Source: Phoronis australis (lineage: Eukaryota > Animalia > Phoronida). Taken from it: DNA of 64,000 bases. The stretch covers positions 8,048-72,047 of the forward strand of contig NMRA01000764.1 of the NCBI GenBank assembly GCA_002633005.1, written 5' to 3'. The translations under genes and the position numbers were made by a program. Shown here one piece after another: positions 52,600 through 64,000 of this stretch (positions are counted from its first letter, which is position 1; each line of letters starts with the position of its first letter). The notes beneath the pieces are model-generated. The model had not been told where the DNA came from. It saw nothing but the letters and a program-made list of their open reading frames with translations, and made no database searches.

Positions 52600-54408
52600 A
52601 GCGGAGTTGCACCGCCGCCATATTGGAAACGGGCCAGAATGTTGCACTGTGGTTAAGCCAGTAATCAAGTACGTTGGCAAGCCTGGGGGCGAACCGGCCA
52701 CAGGGAGGTTATAGGTGTTGTGTGCCTGGCATGCTATAATACCAGTTAGCGAGATAAAGAATTTAGTTACTACCTGTTTCCCAAGGATCAAGAACTGCAT
52801 TAAACATGGGTCAGACACATCGATAGAGCTGGTATCAAAGGCCGACTTAGTGAATTCTTTCCGACTTCGTATCATAAAGTATGCAGCGCTCATTTTGAGG
52901 GCGGCAAGAAAACGTATCTTGGAAACTGCCCAACAATATTTCCGTTGAAAGAAACAGTAACAAATACCCCACAGCGGATGGTAGTGAAAAAAAAAAACTT
53001 GTTTTTGCTTGACCAGAACCAAGCCAACATGAGCAATTTTGAGGATAATGCCTCTGCACAATCACCTGTTCTGGGTCAACTCACTTAACGTATGCACACT
53101 ATATGCATTAACGCGCTAAGATAAAGCATGCAGAATATTATTATTTACTTTCTACAAAATTGTGGTGCATTGCTATCTAAATTCATTGTTAAATTACGAT
53201 CATTTTTCAGAAAATTGTGCTGAAATCCCAGGGCGAAATCTCGCCGACAAATGCGTAGCTGCGGGTCTCGCAATCATCTCTAAGATTTTTAAATTCTTGT
53301 GGAGTCTGGATTAACTGCAGATTAAGTCCAAATCTCTGTAGGAGCACACATGTTGTTGGCACGTGACGTTTGTTTTGAAGTTTGACTGTGCTTGTCATCA
53401 GAGTTAATGTGATGTAGGTGTGCATTGTATCCAAAGAAATTAAGTCAAGCAGTCGAGCAGAGCGTGTCATTTAGCTTAGCACTTGCTGGCCTCATCTGCT
53501 AAAAAAGCGTTCAAGAATTGTTTCAGTAAGACCGATATGTCACTCATTGAGTGGCTGGGTGAGTGGATGTGTGACCGTAGTGTTACAGCTATTTTAGGAA
53601 GATTTGGGGTGTAAGGGTGTGAATGTGTTCACTATCAGTGGGTTATTTTGACTTTAAGAACACCAATTATGATTAGTTAAATAATTTCTCTTAAAAATAA
53701 TGCGAAAGTTTTTTACTTTTGGAAATTAGTGCCGATATTTATTTCTTGCCGATGCTATGTTACCCGTTTCATGAATAGATAGTTCCTGACGAAATGTCTT
53801 CGATGACAGCCGGTACATTATGCAGCACGCACTTCTTGGCCACGTGCTAACACTGGTCAAGTTTTTTTTTATTAGTTTTCATGTGTACAAAGAAGTTTGG
53901 ATTCCTGTTGAGGCCGGAGAAGATCTGTACCTGAAAGAATTATGCAATCCCGCTGACAAGTACGCTTCATCCAGACCCGCGTAGTGGGGCACATCCCTCG
54001 CAAGAGCAGCAAAACTTTTGCGTTCTTCTTGAATTGCGGCGTAAGTTTGAAGTGTATACGGACATAACAGTGAGGCTCGTGGTCTACAATTTCAGGACTG
54101 TCGGATCTTTTAATTGAAAAATTGTAGACGTTAGAACTGTAGGTAAGGCATTTTTCGCAAGCCATGTAGTTCATGGGCTGGGCGCTTACTTTAGCGAAGT
54201 CTGAAAACACGTTGGGGGCACTTATTGGGGCATGGGCGCTTATTAGGGCGAATAGCGGCAGAATTACATACAGCAGCATAGTTTAATGCACACAAATCAC
54301 ATGTGCAAACCAATCGGCCATTCCACATACCCTAATCCCCAATAGCCTTTGCGCACCCTAATTTCTGGACATGCGCAATCGTTAAATCGATTCGGGTGCA
54401 ACTCCGCT
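52600..54408 (+). mobile_element. ISL2EU-like DNA transposon derivative with a disrupted THAP domain
   Basis: Perfect TIR AGCGGAGTTGCACC / GGTGCAACTCCGCT flanked by AT on both sides. 52710-52960 translates, with a frameshift and stops, to CCVPG.CYN..RDKEFSYYLFPKD...W...R...KVCSAHFEGGKKTY...PTIF. Confidence 0.8.
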
Positions 54409-57399
54409 ATTGTCCTAGTAGGCCTGTGTAATTAAACACAGCTAATCAAAGGGTTTATGGGTCTGACTGAGAATATTATTGTTTTATTACCCCATATGGG
54501 CTCTGAGAACAAAAGTATGTTCACACCGTCTTATTGCAATCTTAGTAAAATATAAACACATTCATAGCATGAACTAACTTAACGTGTTCATGCAGTCATA
54601 TTTTATCATCGGTGATAAAAGATAACATGTACCATTTTATGTTCAGCTAGTCAATATCATTTCATGATGTACACAATTTTTTCCACAGTTTTTATTTTTG
54701 TCATTAGAATTAAAGGTTGTTTATTGTGTAAGCGTTATTTAGAGGTTGACTGTTGTGTAAGCGTTATTTATGATGTCCAGAGCAAGTAACAAGCGCTTTG
54801 TTTTGCTTTGATGTATTTTCATATTGAGGTGACTGTCCTGTGGTTAACATTGTCTTATCTGGCAGTGCAAACATGTGTTAAGGGGAACACACATAAGTTG
54901 TCTTGTACTCTTTGTCCAACAGATTACCAGCCATTGCTTAGTCAGTTACTGACATTTGCTTTGTGCTTTAACTTGTCACTAGCAAACAAGTGAAACACAG
55001 GCAGACTAATGTAGCATAGCATTAATAATTAATAAACAATCAATGTGTTGTTAGGTTCAATTCCATGAATTAAAGTTTTTATCGTTGCAATGCCATCTGA
55101 GAGTATATGAAAGTTGTCCCTTGATGTTCAAGTGTGTTAGTTTTCCCTTTTTTACACCAGTATAACATTTGTTAGACTAATCATTTGTTAATGCAGCTCA
55201 TACTAATAGTCTGGCTTTTACAAACTGAATGTAATCCTAACTTGCTGGCATTGTGTGCTGCTAAACTGATCAGTTTTACTAATCGAGCTAATAGGATACC
55301 AAGTTTGTTACCAAGGATACAATTTTTTAAATAAATTTGTAAGTTTTAATAAAAATTAGACCTGTAAAACATTAAATTTTTCAAATATTTGATCACCGAA
55401 TATTTTTATGTGAACAGACGTAAGCCACAGATTGTCGTAATTGTGTGACTGTTTTTTCTAAAACAAAACATTTTAAGGAGAGATATTTTGGCTACCTAGT
55501 GGCCTTTTTTGTTGCTTTGGTAAATAGGTATCAATCAAGGAGACGACAAAGCCGTCCCATTTTGGGATGGATTTGACAATTTTTTGCCAACTACTGGCCA
55601 TTTTTCTTATTTTCTTTTTTATGCTTTTTGTGTGGGTGCATATTGCCGTTATCTGTCTGGCCGTCTGGCCTATGCGGCTGTTTCTCAAGTCCAAGAAGCA
55701 CACGTTGTTAACCCTTATTACATGGTTAGAGGATGTTATAAGGATCCAAGTAGTACCTACCCCATAACTAATACACAATTTGTAATCGAATAAAGTTTAA
55801 ATAAACGCGCCACTCACGATTCGGACCCGAAGAACACACTGCCATTTTGAACTTACCTGGAACCCGGAAATATAATTCATTCAGGAACTCAGGCTAAATA
55901 GTATACGCCGTCTGTGCGACTGCCACAGTGTCTGTTACCAGCCTGCAAATGGGGATAAAATAATTGACAGCGCGCCTTAACATTAATAAAATCAGAATAC
56001 GGACACTTGCATCGAAATTGCTGACAAAATGTGGCGAATAACTTTTGACAAAAAGTATTTTTCCGGACTCGGGGGGGGCCCGCAGCCGATCGGACCCGGT
56101 GTGGACCGAGACCAGACACTGGCGGTAAAGGCATGCGGTTGTAAGCTGTTTTGTCGAAGTAAAAAGTTCAAATCATAAAAGCCGTATACATACAAAGGTA
56201 GTTTCAGACACTTGCAACATGTTATTATTTCAAATGAACTTTTATCATGGAAATGAACAATTGATGAGAAAAACGAGAGCGCTCAGAGGAGCGACACTTG
56301 GGGAAAGTAACCGAAAACGATGATGGAGAGGACGATGATGATTATGGTGGAGATGTTGAACATGATGATCAGAATTATATGACCAAAGAAGATGTCAGAC
56401 GTCAGTAACAAATAGGACCCACTCTTCTTCAATAGAAGGTACTCCAACAGCTGTCCTGAGCATAGCCGGTCAACAAAGGAACAGAGTTTTCAGAAAATCT
56501 CAAATAACTCGAAAAAGTAGGCGTCCTACTGAAAAATGAAAAATATCTTTCGAAAGCACATTCAAAACTCTATCCACTGACAGAGTTTTCTAAATTCGTG
56601 GAATTTTTTCGAAAAAATTCTAATTTTGCAAATTTTTTAAATTTGAAGTCAAATAACTCAAAAACAGTAAGTCTGAGAAAAGCGTTATCACAGAACTTTT
56701 GTAAAAGCGTACTTCAAGGATGTCCTCATGCAAAATTTCAAGTCAATGCTCTTCCTGTTCAAAAAGCGACGGCAGAACGATAGATAATGGGTGAAAATGC
56801 ACCAGAGCAGCCATCTTCAAAACAACTTCCAGTTTTTTAGCTTTGTATAGTAGCATGTCAAACACAACTAATACCTGAAAAATTTTGAAGGAATTGGTCC
56901 GATAATGTGCCCTCTATAGGAGAAAACGTTTTTAGCCCAAAATCGAGGTGCGCATGCGCAGTTGCCGATATTTCCGTCATCTTTAACCGGAAGTAAACAA
57001 GTTCTGGTACACATGTAGCACACATATTGTCCAATATATTTACTGATTTTCAGCCCTGTACGTTAAAAATTATAGCCTCCAGGAGCATTTGAATCTTAAA
57101 ATGAAAACAAAATGGCCGCTTCAACCGCCATCTTGGATCCGATTATGATGAAAAAAATAGGCTTCTAGTACTTCCGGAACTAGATGTTGTGTGTAAATTT
57201 CGTGACAATAAGACAAAAATTGCGACCTGTAGAGTGCGAACAAAAAAAAAATTAGTGTTAGAGCAACATACTTTTTTATGGTTCTACCAAACGCGGTAAA
57301 ATGGCATAGACAAGATGTCAATTTCCCCCCCCCGAGTCTGCTTGAGGTAGGTTTCTGCATCACAAATCATTCAGCAAGTTCCCAACTGATTAATCATTG

Positions 57400-59221
57400 T
57401 TCATGTTCACACATTGATGTTTTTATGTGTTATTGAGAATAATATATATTTCAACTTAAATGTGCAAGAACAATTTTTAAAAAATTGTGAGCTCCACAAA
57501 ACTATTGTTTGCGGAACGGTTCTGCAGTCAGTGTGGAATATTCCGCAGTCAGTGTTCGGAATATTCTGCATGGAAAATATTGAACTTCTAATTAAGAAAA
57601 TGCTAATGGAGGAAATAAAAATGTAACATTGTAAACATGTTTAGGGTAAGGTATAGATTTGTTTCATACCATTTTTTGTGGCCCTAAGTGGATATAAAAA
57701 AGTGCGGAACTGTTCCGCACATTTTGAGACTAAATATTAGATAGTCTCATTTGAAAAAAAATCGCCTTATACATGTAGGATGTGATCAGTCAACTGCAAC
57801 TTTTTAATTGACTTATAGACTTATACCTGTGCACCGAATTTCAAAAAGATAGATTTAAAACTGAAGAAGTAGCATTTTGAAAATTATGTGACCTTTGCAC
57901 CAAATGACCTCTTCCGGTGCATTATGCAATATGATTATATAACGAAATCAAAATTTAGGTACTGTTAAAGATCATGTGTTAAATTTAAAAAACATACCTG
58001 CACCCACTTTGGAGTTATTAAGCGTCAAAGTTGGTCGAAAGAAGAATAAGAACAATAATAATAACAAGAAGAATGAGAATAAAATAGAAGAAAACCCAGG
58101 AACAACAGTACTCTGCACTTGCATGCGCAGAGTAATAAGAACTAGAAAGATAATTGTCATGGCATGACAATATTGAACTATGCGCGTGAGTTTTACTGGA
58201 ATTGTTATGGAAGTTATTAGACAACAACCCGTTTACAAATATGAAAAAGAATTCTTTAAAAATGTTTAAGAAATTATATGTTAGTAATTTGATGACCTTT
58301 GTGCTAATTGATCCTTTCCGGTGCATTATGGTCCCTGATGACGGAATAAGTGTTAACTCGATAAAAAGTCGTTATTGCTAAGAATCACAGATGTCTTACT
58401 TTAAGCACTTTTGAATACAAGATGAATGAATTGGTCAAAATTTCAGAAGATAAATGCACCTAATGACCCCATGGTTGCACCAAATGACCTGAAACTTTAG
58501 AATTCACACTCGGTCGCATTTACTAAACAGATGCATAAATTTGAAGTGTCTTGCTCAAAATCTTAGTTTGCACTCATTGACTTATACTCATTGTTTCTGA
58601 TTGGTTGGCCCTATTGCTTTAGTAAAGTAGGGTACTTGAATGGCATAATAGGTTCATACCTGTGAATGTGTTGAACTTGAAGAGAATTCCTTGAAAAATT
58701 GAGGAGAAATAACCTTTTGAAAAGTAGATGACTTTGCAATGATTGACGCTATGCAGTGCATTACAAGCCCTTTTAGTAGAATTATTGAAAAGTCCGAGTT
58801 GAGTAAAAAGGTCAAAATGCACCTATTGACCCCATGATTGCACGAAATGACCTGAATCTTTGTATTTGGAACTCAATTACATGCTGCATTCAGATATGTC
58901 AATTTGAGGCTAGCTCAAAATTTTACTTTGCACCCTATGACCTTTGACCTTTTTGACCTGATTGGATGACCTGATTACTTGGAACAGTAATGAAAATTGT
59001 ATGACCTTTGCACCAAATGACCTCTTTGCATTATGGAATATGATTATATAATGAATCAAAATTTATATCCTGTTAAATGTTGTACCTCAAATTTGAAGGA
59101 GTTACGTGCAGTCATTTTAATATAAAGTGTCAAAGTTGGTCGGAAGAAGAATAAGAAGAATAAGAATAAAATTGAAGAAAACCCAGGAACAACAGTGCTC
59201 TGCACTTACACGTGCAGAGTA
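57400..59221 (+). mobile_element. Second Helentron-like family, two head-to-tail copies
   Basis: Duplicated 3' end ...AAGAAGAATAAG...GAAGAAAACCCAGGAACAACAGT + CTCTGCAC..G(C/T)GCAGAG hairpin ending at 58133 and 59220; second copy starts ACTAGAAAG at 58141. Left boundary uncertain. Confidence 0.55.
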
Positions 59222-59357
59222 GTTAGTCAGAACGATTGGATCATGTAACGCAACATCTACAAAATTGGTGCACTAGCCTTACTCAGTTGGCAAGTGCTTT
59301 CTGTACTTGCATAAACCTGACAGTTACTGTAATTATTGCTTCATATCAGAGACTCTT

Positions 59358-59716
59358 CAAGCTTGCTATGCCGTGTCATTTTAATCACCAAGCCTGTTCT
59401 CAAGCTTGTTATGCTGTGTCACTTTAATCACCAAGCCTGTTCTCAAGCTTGTTATGCTGTGTCATTTTAATCACCAAGCCTGTTCTCAAGCTTGCTATGC
59501 CGTGTCACTTTAATTACCAAGCTTGTTCTCAAGCCTGTTCTCAAGCTTGTTATGCTGTGTCACTTTAATCACCGAGCCTGTTCTCAAGCTTGTTATGCCT
59601 TGTCTCTTTAATCACCAACCCTGTTCTCAAGCTTGTTATGCCGTGTCACTTTAATCACCAAGCCTGTTCCCAAGCTTGTTATGCCGTGTCACTTTAGTCA
59701 CCAAGCCTGTTCTCAA
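59358..59716. repeat. 43-bp minisatellite, ~8 units
   Basis: Unit CAAGCTTGTTATGC(C/T)GTGTCACTTTAATCACCAAGCCTGTTCT. Confidence 0.93.
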
Positions 59717-59950
59717 ACATCAACAAAATTTGTAGTTTTTTGAAGACCTGGAATCACTTACAATTTGATTAAGGAACAGTATGAGACTTAAGTGGTGGTT
59801 GTCAAAATTTGTTTTTTGTGAATGAAGTAAGATTTATAGCTGTTTTACTCAGACAAGTTTACGTGCTCCTTTCAGCTATCGTAGATTAGTAACAGTAGTT
59901 GAGTGACTCGTGTCCCTTTTCTGCACATAACTGACACATGTCCCTTTCAG

Positions 59951-60082
59951 GTGTGGGTGGTGATGTACGGCAGGCATTCAGTCAGAGTGGCTCAAACCTG
60001 CGCAGTCTACGTACTGACCTCTTGTTGGCTGCAGATTCTGTCACTAAAGCCATGTCATCTCTCGTCAAAGAGTTACACTCAG
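59951..60082 (+). CDS. DTNB: Dystrobrevin exon ([10 protein letters not shown]...[25 protein letters not shown])
   Basis: 132 nt, AG/GT; signature C-terminal motif. Confidence 0.96.
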
Positions 60083-60106
60083 GTGTGTGTGTGTGTGTGT
60101 GTGTGT
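60083..60106 (+). repeat. (GT)12 microsatellite starting at a splice donor
   Basis: CAG|GTGTGT... Confidence 0.95.
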
Positions 60107-60774
60107 GCAAGCTGCTTATTTATCACTTTTAACAATTTTAGAGTAACTGATAACCATAACATTTCTTGACATGACTTAGATGGTAAAATATTCAACAACT
60201 TTTGATTTGATTGACAGCAGTAAAGTAATTCTCAGTTTTTAGTAGGCATGTAAAGATGCACACTCTACTGACTTCAAAAAAACAAATGCTATCCCTTACA
60301 GTATCGTATCAAACAATCGTGGAGATCGGTGGAAGGAAATATCAATCAATAGGCACATCCTCTTTAGTGGAGGTCCAAAAATACATAACAAGACTTAGCT
60401 CCTTTTCAAAATATCAGAAATTCTGACCCAACCTAGGTGTTTAGCATTTGTCCTAGGTTTGAGGACCGACCAAACCCACACTCTTTCAAAAGTTGGCAAC
60501 TAACATCCAACAGACCTCTACACACTCTCGCATAATGATGAGCAATCTTATCACTTTTGGGCAGTAGGTAGCTTAATCAACGCTTCGTCATACTATTGAG
60601 TGATTTTTTCTTAGCAACAATGGTGCTTGATGGATATTCAAGTATTGCAGGCTCCTACAGCGAGATGTCGCTGTGTAATCCAGGACAGGGTCTGAAAAGC
60701 CAAAACTTGTGTGTTTATTGCAGCTTTATCTCAAACATAACATAAAGTTAACTAATATTTGTTGTTATCTTCAG

Positions 60775-60831
60775 AAGCGTCTGATGATAGTGAAGAGGAG
60801 GTACAACATCGGTGGAAAAGGAAAAGTAAAG
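60775..60831 (+). CDS. DTNB: Dystrobrevin C-terminal exon (ASDDSEEEVQHRWKRKSK)
   Basis: 57 nt, TTCAG / GTAAGG, phase 1/1, acidic like the vertebrate tail. Confidence 0.7.
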
Positions 60832-62329
60832 GTAAGGCTTGCTTCATCTCCTTGTACACAGGTGGCAGCAGGTGTCTGTAAATGTAAGGCTTGCTTCATC
60901 TGCTTGTACACAGATGGCAGCAGGTGTCTGTAAATGTATCGTGGTTTGTTTCATCTCCCTGTACACAGAAAGCAGCAGATGTCTGTAAATGTATGGTTTG
61001 TTTCATCTCCCTGTATGCAGATGGCAACATGTGTCTGTAATAAGGTAAGGTTTGCTTCGTATCCCTGTACACAGACGGCAGCAGGTGTCTGTAAAGGTAT
61101 AGTTTGCTCCATCTCCCTGTACACGGAGGGCGGCAGGTGTCTGTAAAGGTAAGGCTTGCTTTGAGTCTGTAAACTAAGGTAAGACTTGCTTCATCTCTCT
61201 GTACACAGAGGCTGCCAGGTGTCTGTAAAGCTAAACCTGGCTACATCTCCCTGTACACAGAGGCTGCCAGGTGTCTGTAAAGCTAAACCTGGCTACATCT
61301 CCCTGTACACAGAGGGTGCCAGGTGTCTGTAAAGCTAAACCTGGCTACATCTCCCTGTACACAGAGGGTGCCAGGTGTCTGTAAAGCTAAACCTGGCTAC
61401 ATCTCCCTGTACACAGAGGGTGCCAGGTGTCTGTAAAGCTAAACCTGGCTACATCTCCCTGTACACAGAGGGTGCCAGGTGTCTGTAAAGCTAAACCTGG
61501 CTACATCTCCCTGTACACAGAGGGTGCCAGGTGTCTGTAAAGCTAAACCTGGCTACATCTCCCTGTACACAGAGGGTGCCAGGTGTCTGTAAAGCTAAAC
61601 CTGGCTACATCTCCCTGTACACAGAGGGTGCCAGGTGTCTGTAAAGCTAAACCTGGCTACATCTCCCTGTACACAGAGGGTGCCAGGTGTCTGTAAAGCT
61701 AAACCTGGCTACATCTCCCTGTACACAGAGGGTGCCAGGTGTCTGTAAAGCTAAACCTGGCTACATCTCCCTGTACACAGAGGGTGCCAGGTGTCTGTAA
61801 AGCTAAACCTGGCTACATCTCCCTGTACACAGAGGGTGCCAGGTGTCTGTAAAGCTAAACCTGGCTACATCTCCCTGTACACAGAGGGTGCCAGGTGTCT
61901 GTAAAGCTAAACCTGGCTACATCTCCCTGTACACAGAGGGTGCCAGGTGTCTGTAAAGCTAAACCTGGCTACATCTCCCTGTACACAGAGGGTGCCAGGT
62001 GTCTGTAAAGCTAAACCTGGCTACATCTCCCTGTACACAGAGGGTGCCAGGTGTCTGTAAAGCTAAACCTGGCTACATCTCCCTGTACACAGAGGGTGCC
62101 AGGTGTCTGTAAAGCTAAACCTGGCTACATCTCCCTGTACACAGAGGGTGCCAGGTGTCTGTAAAGCTAAACCTGGCTACATCTCCCTGTACACAGAGGG
62201 TGCCAGGTGTCTGTAAAGCTAAACCTGGCTACATCTCCCTGTACACAGAGGATAGCAAGTGTCTGTAAAGGTAAGGCTTGCTTAATCTCCTGTACACAGA
62301 GGGCAACAGGTATATGTAAAGGTAAGGCC
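60826..62329 (+). repeat. 52-bp tandem array (~29 units) starting at a dystrobrevin donor
   Basis: Edge units GTAAAG|GTAAGGCTTGCTTCATCTCC...; homogeneous core GTAAAGCTAAACCTGGCTACATCTCCCTGTACACAGAGGGTGCCAGGTGTCT. Confidence 0.97.
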
Positions 62330-62919
62330 AGTCAACTTTGAACGTGACAATAAACTGGCATTCCATCAAAGAAGCTGAATTTTGATTTAGAGCACTCACC
62401 ACATGTGAACTTGGCTCAACTTTGTCACATTCAGAAGAGATGGTTGGGTATGCAGGGCACTGCCAATTTGTTATTCCTGGAAACTATGCTCGCAAATAAA
62501 ATGAGCTGCTTTGTCTACTCGACTTAGAGAGCCATATTAACAAACAGTCTTTTCTTACAAACCTCATAAATCACATTCGGGTATTTTGGAAAAGTTACAA
62601 TTTTAGACCTGCTGCTGCAAGTGGTCTCAAACAAAATAATTTTTTGACAGAAGGCACATTTATTGCGTCTTGAAGTGTTTATCCAACAGTCTAAAGTGAG
62701 TATCGGAATAAATCATTGACTTTATTTGAGCGTAGGAATAAATTGTTGAGTTGTGCGAGCTTAGGAGTAAGTCGTCGACTTGTGCGAACATAAGGAATAA
62801 ATCGTCGACTTGTGCAACTGTAGGAATGAGTAATGACTGGTGTTATTCTTTAGTCTTGACACTTCGAAAAAATAATAGAAAGTAAAGTGAGGGTAAAGAA
62901 TCATAAAATAGCAGAATTG

Positions 62920-62985
62920 GATATTACCCTGCATATTATCCTGCATATTATCCTGCATATTATCCTGCTTATTATCCTGCTTATT
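62920..62985. repeat. 12-bp repeat ATATTATCCTGC x~5
   Basis: Direct reading. Confidence 0.85.
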
Positions 62986-63145
62986 GCCCTACTTGTCTTA
63001 CTTGTCTTTGCTTCATGTATGTGTTTTCTGCAATTCTTTAGTTTCTTCTAGTATAAGAAGGAGGCTATAAATTGTATCATTTTTTGATGTCAGAAAAGAT
63101 TTCCCCAAGTTCAAATTTAAGCTAATTGAAAGTCTGTTGTTTCAG

Positions 63146-63255
63146 AGTTTGAAGACATTCCTGATATCAAGAATAGTCGTGAAGTCAAGCGTGAAGTATA
63201 CCTTTTCAACAGACACCCAAATGGTCCATTTAGGCAGCAAGTTATTGGTTCAAAG
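63146..63255 (+). CDS. Probable further dystrobrevin exon (FEDIPDIKNSREVKREVYLF...)
   Basis: TTTCAG / GTAAAC, open and phase-compatible; no recognisable homology, so supported by structure only. The gene would continue beyond the window. Confidence 0.5.
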
Positions 63256-63384
63256 GTAAACAATGAAACATGACTTGATGACTAACCATGGTTATTGTTT
63301 ATTCACTTTAAAATGAAGTCATGAAAATGGTGATTAATTAAAATTTGGAAAAACATGACATGATTTAGTATGGAAAAGAGGATG

Positions 63385-63638
63385 TCTGGGCAGTTGGACC
63401 AGACATGGACAGTTTTACCAGACATGGTTAGTTGGACCAGACATGGGTTGTTGGACCAGACATGAGCACTTCGACCAGATATGGGCATTTGAACCATAGA
63501 TGGGCAGTTGGACTAGATCTGGACAGTTGGATCAGATATGCTTGGTTGGACCAGATATTAGTAGTGGGGTCTTATATGGGCAGTGTTGCTGGCCAGATAT
63601 TAGTAGTGGGGTCTTATATGGGCAGTGTTGCTGGCCAG
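63385..63638. repeat. Degenerate ~19-bp repeat plus a 39-bp duplication
   Basis: Recurrent GTTGGACCAGA(C/T)ATGG(G/A)CA. Confidence 0.7.
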
Positions 63639-64000
63639 GAGTCAAATTGTATGAGTGAGAGTAGCCAGGTGATGTTCCATGTGTTGCTACAATATAGGCA
63701 TTTACTCCCAGTCAGTTGTGTTAAACCTGCCTGGCTCTATCAAGATCTGTTGCTGGTCAATATCTCTTGGTGGATCAACATCATTACACCATTTTCCCAT
63801 TGCTCCCAACTTGTTCGATTCTATAGCCCAACAACAAGAATATGACCCCTGTCACCAATATCTTACATGACTGATTAACTCCATTCTGTCATTTATGGTT
63901 TGAGGGCTAGCTCTCTTTTGTTCGATGATTGCTTTAATCTCCAATAAGATCGTATCTAGCCTTACTGGGGTGTGCAGTTAAAAATAAAATGTAAGTTATA

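Noticed and set aside
60826-62329. CRISPR-like appearance of regular arrays (also 7684-8292, 18467-18925)
   Set aside because: Units are contiguous with no unique spacers, there are no cas genes, and the context is eukaryotic.

Overview
AT-rich, intron-containing animal DNA from a fragmented, apparently heterozygous assembly (single-N joins, two N gaps). A marine invertebrate is my guess; the taxon cannot be established from sequence alone. Three protein-coding genes can be rebuilt by hand with GT-AG junctions and consistent phases. (1) A 2-coding-exon ankyrin-repeat/SOCS-box (ASB-like) gene, + strand, 8693-10505. (2) DNA primase large subunit PRIM2, - strand, 11 exons, 30970-14944; the first coding exon is not visible. 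(3) The C-terminal half of a dystrobrevin, + strand, 9 exons from 33944 to 63255; its EF-hand/ZZ exons are not visible. PRIM2 and dystrobrevin are both cut at the 31579-32556 gap. The rest is non-autonomous transposons (Helentron/HINE-like, ISL2EU-like with THAP remnants, foldback MITEs), a LINE remnant and many minisatellites. Two signals stand out. (a) Tandem repeats begin at exon/5' splice-donor junctions at 4 of 9 dystrobrevin donors, plus one more candidate; one array gives six in-frame alternative donors. (b) An abundant Helentron-like family carries ~150-bp monomers, in a three-monomer higher-order repeat, each bearing a co-oriented CTCF-consensus-like motif.
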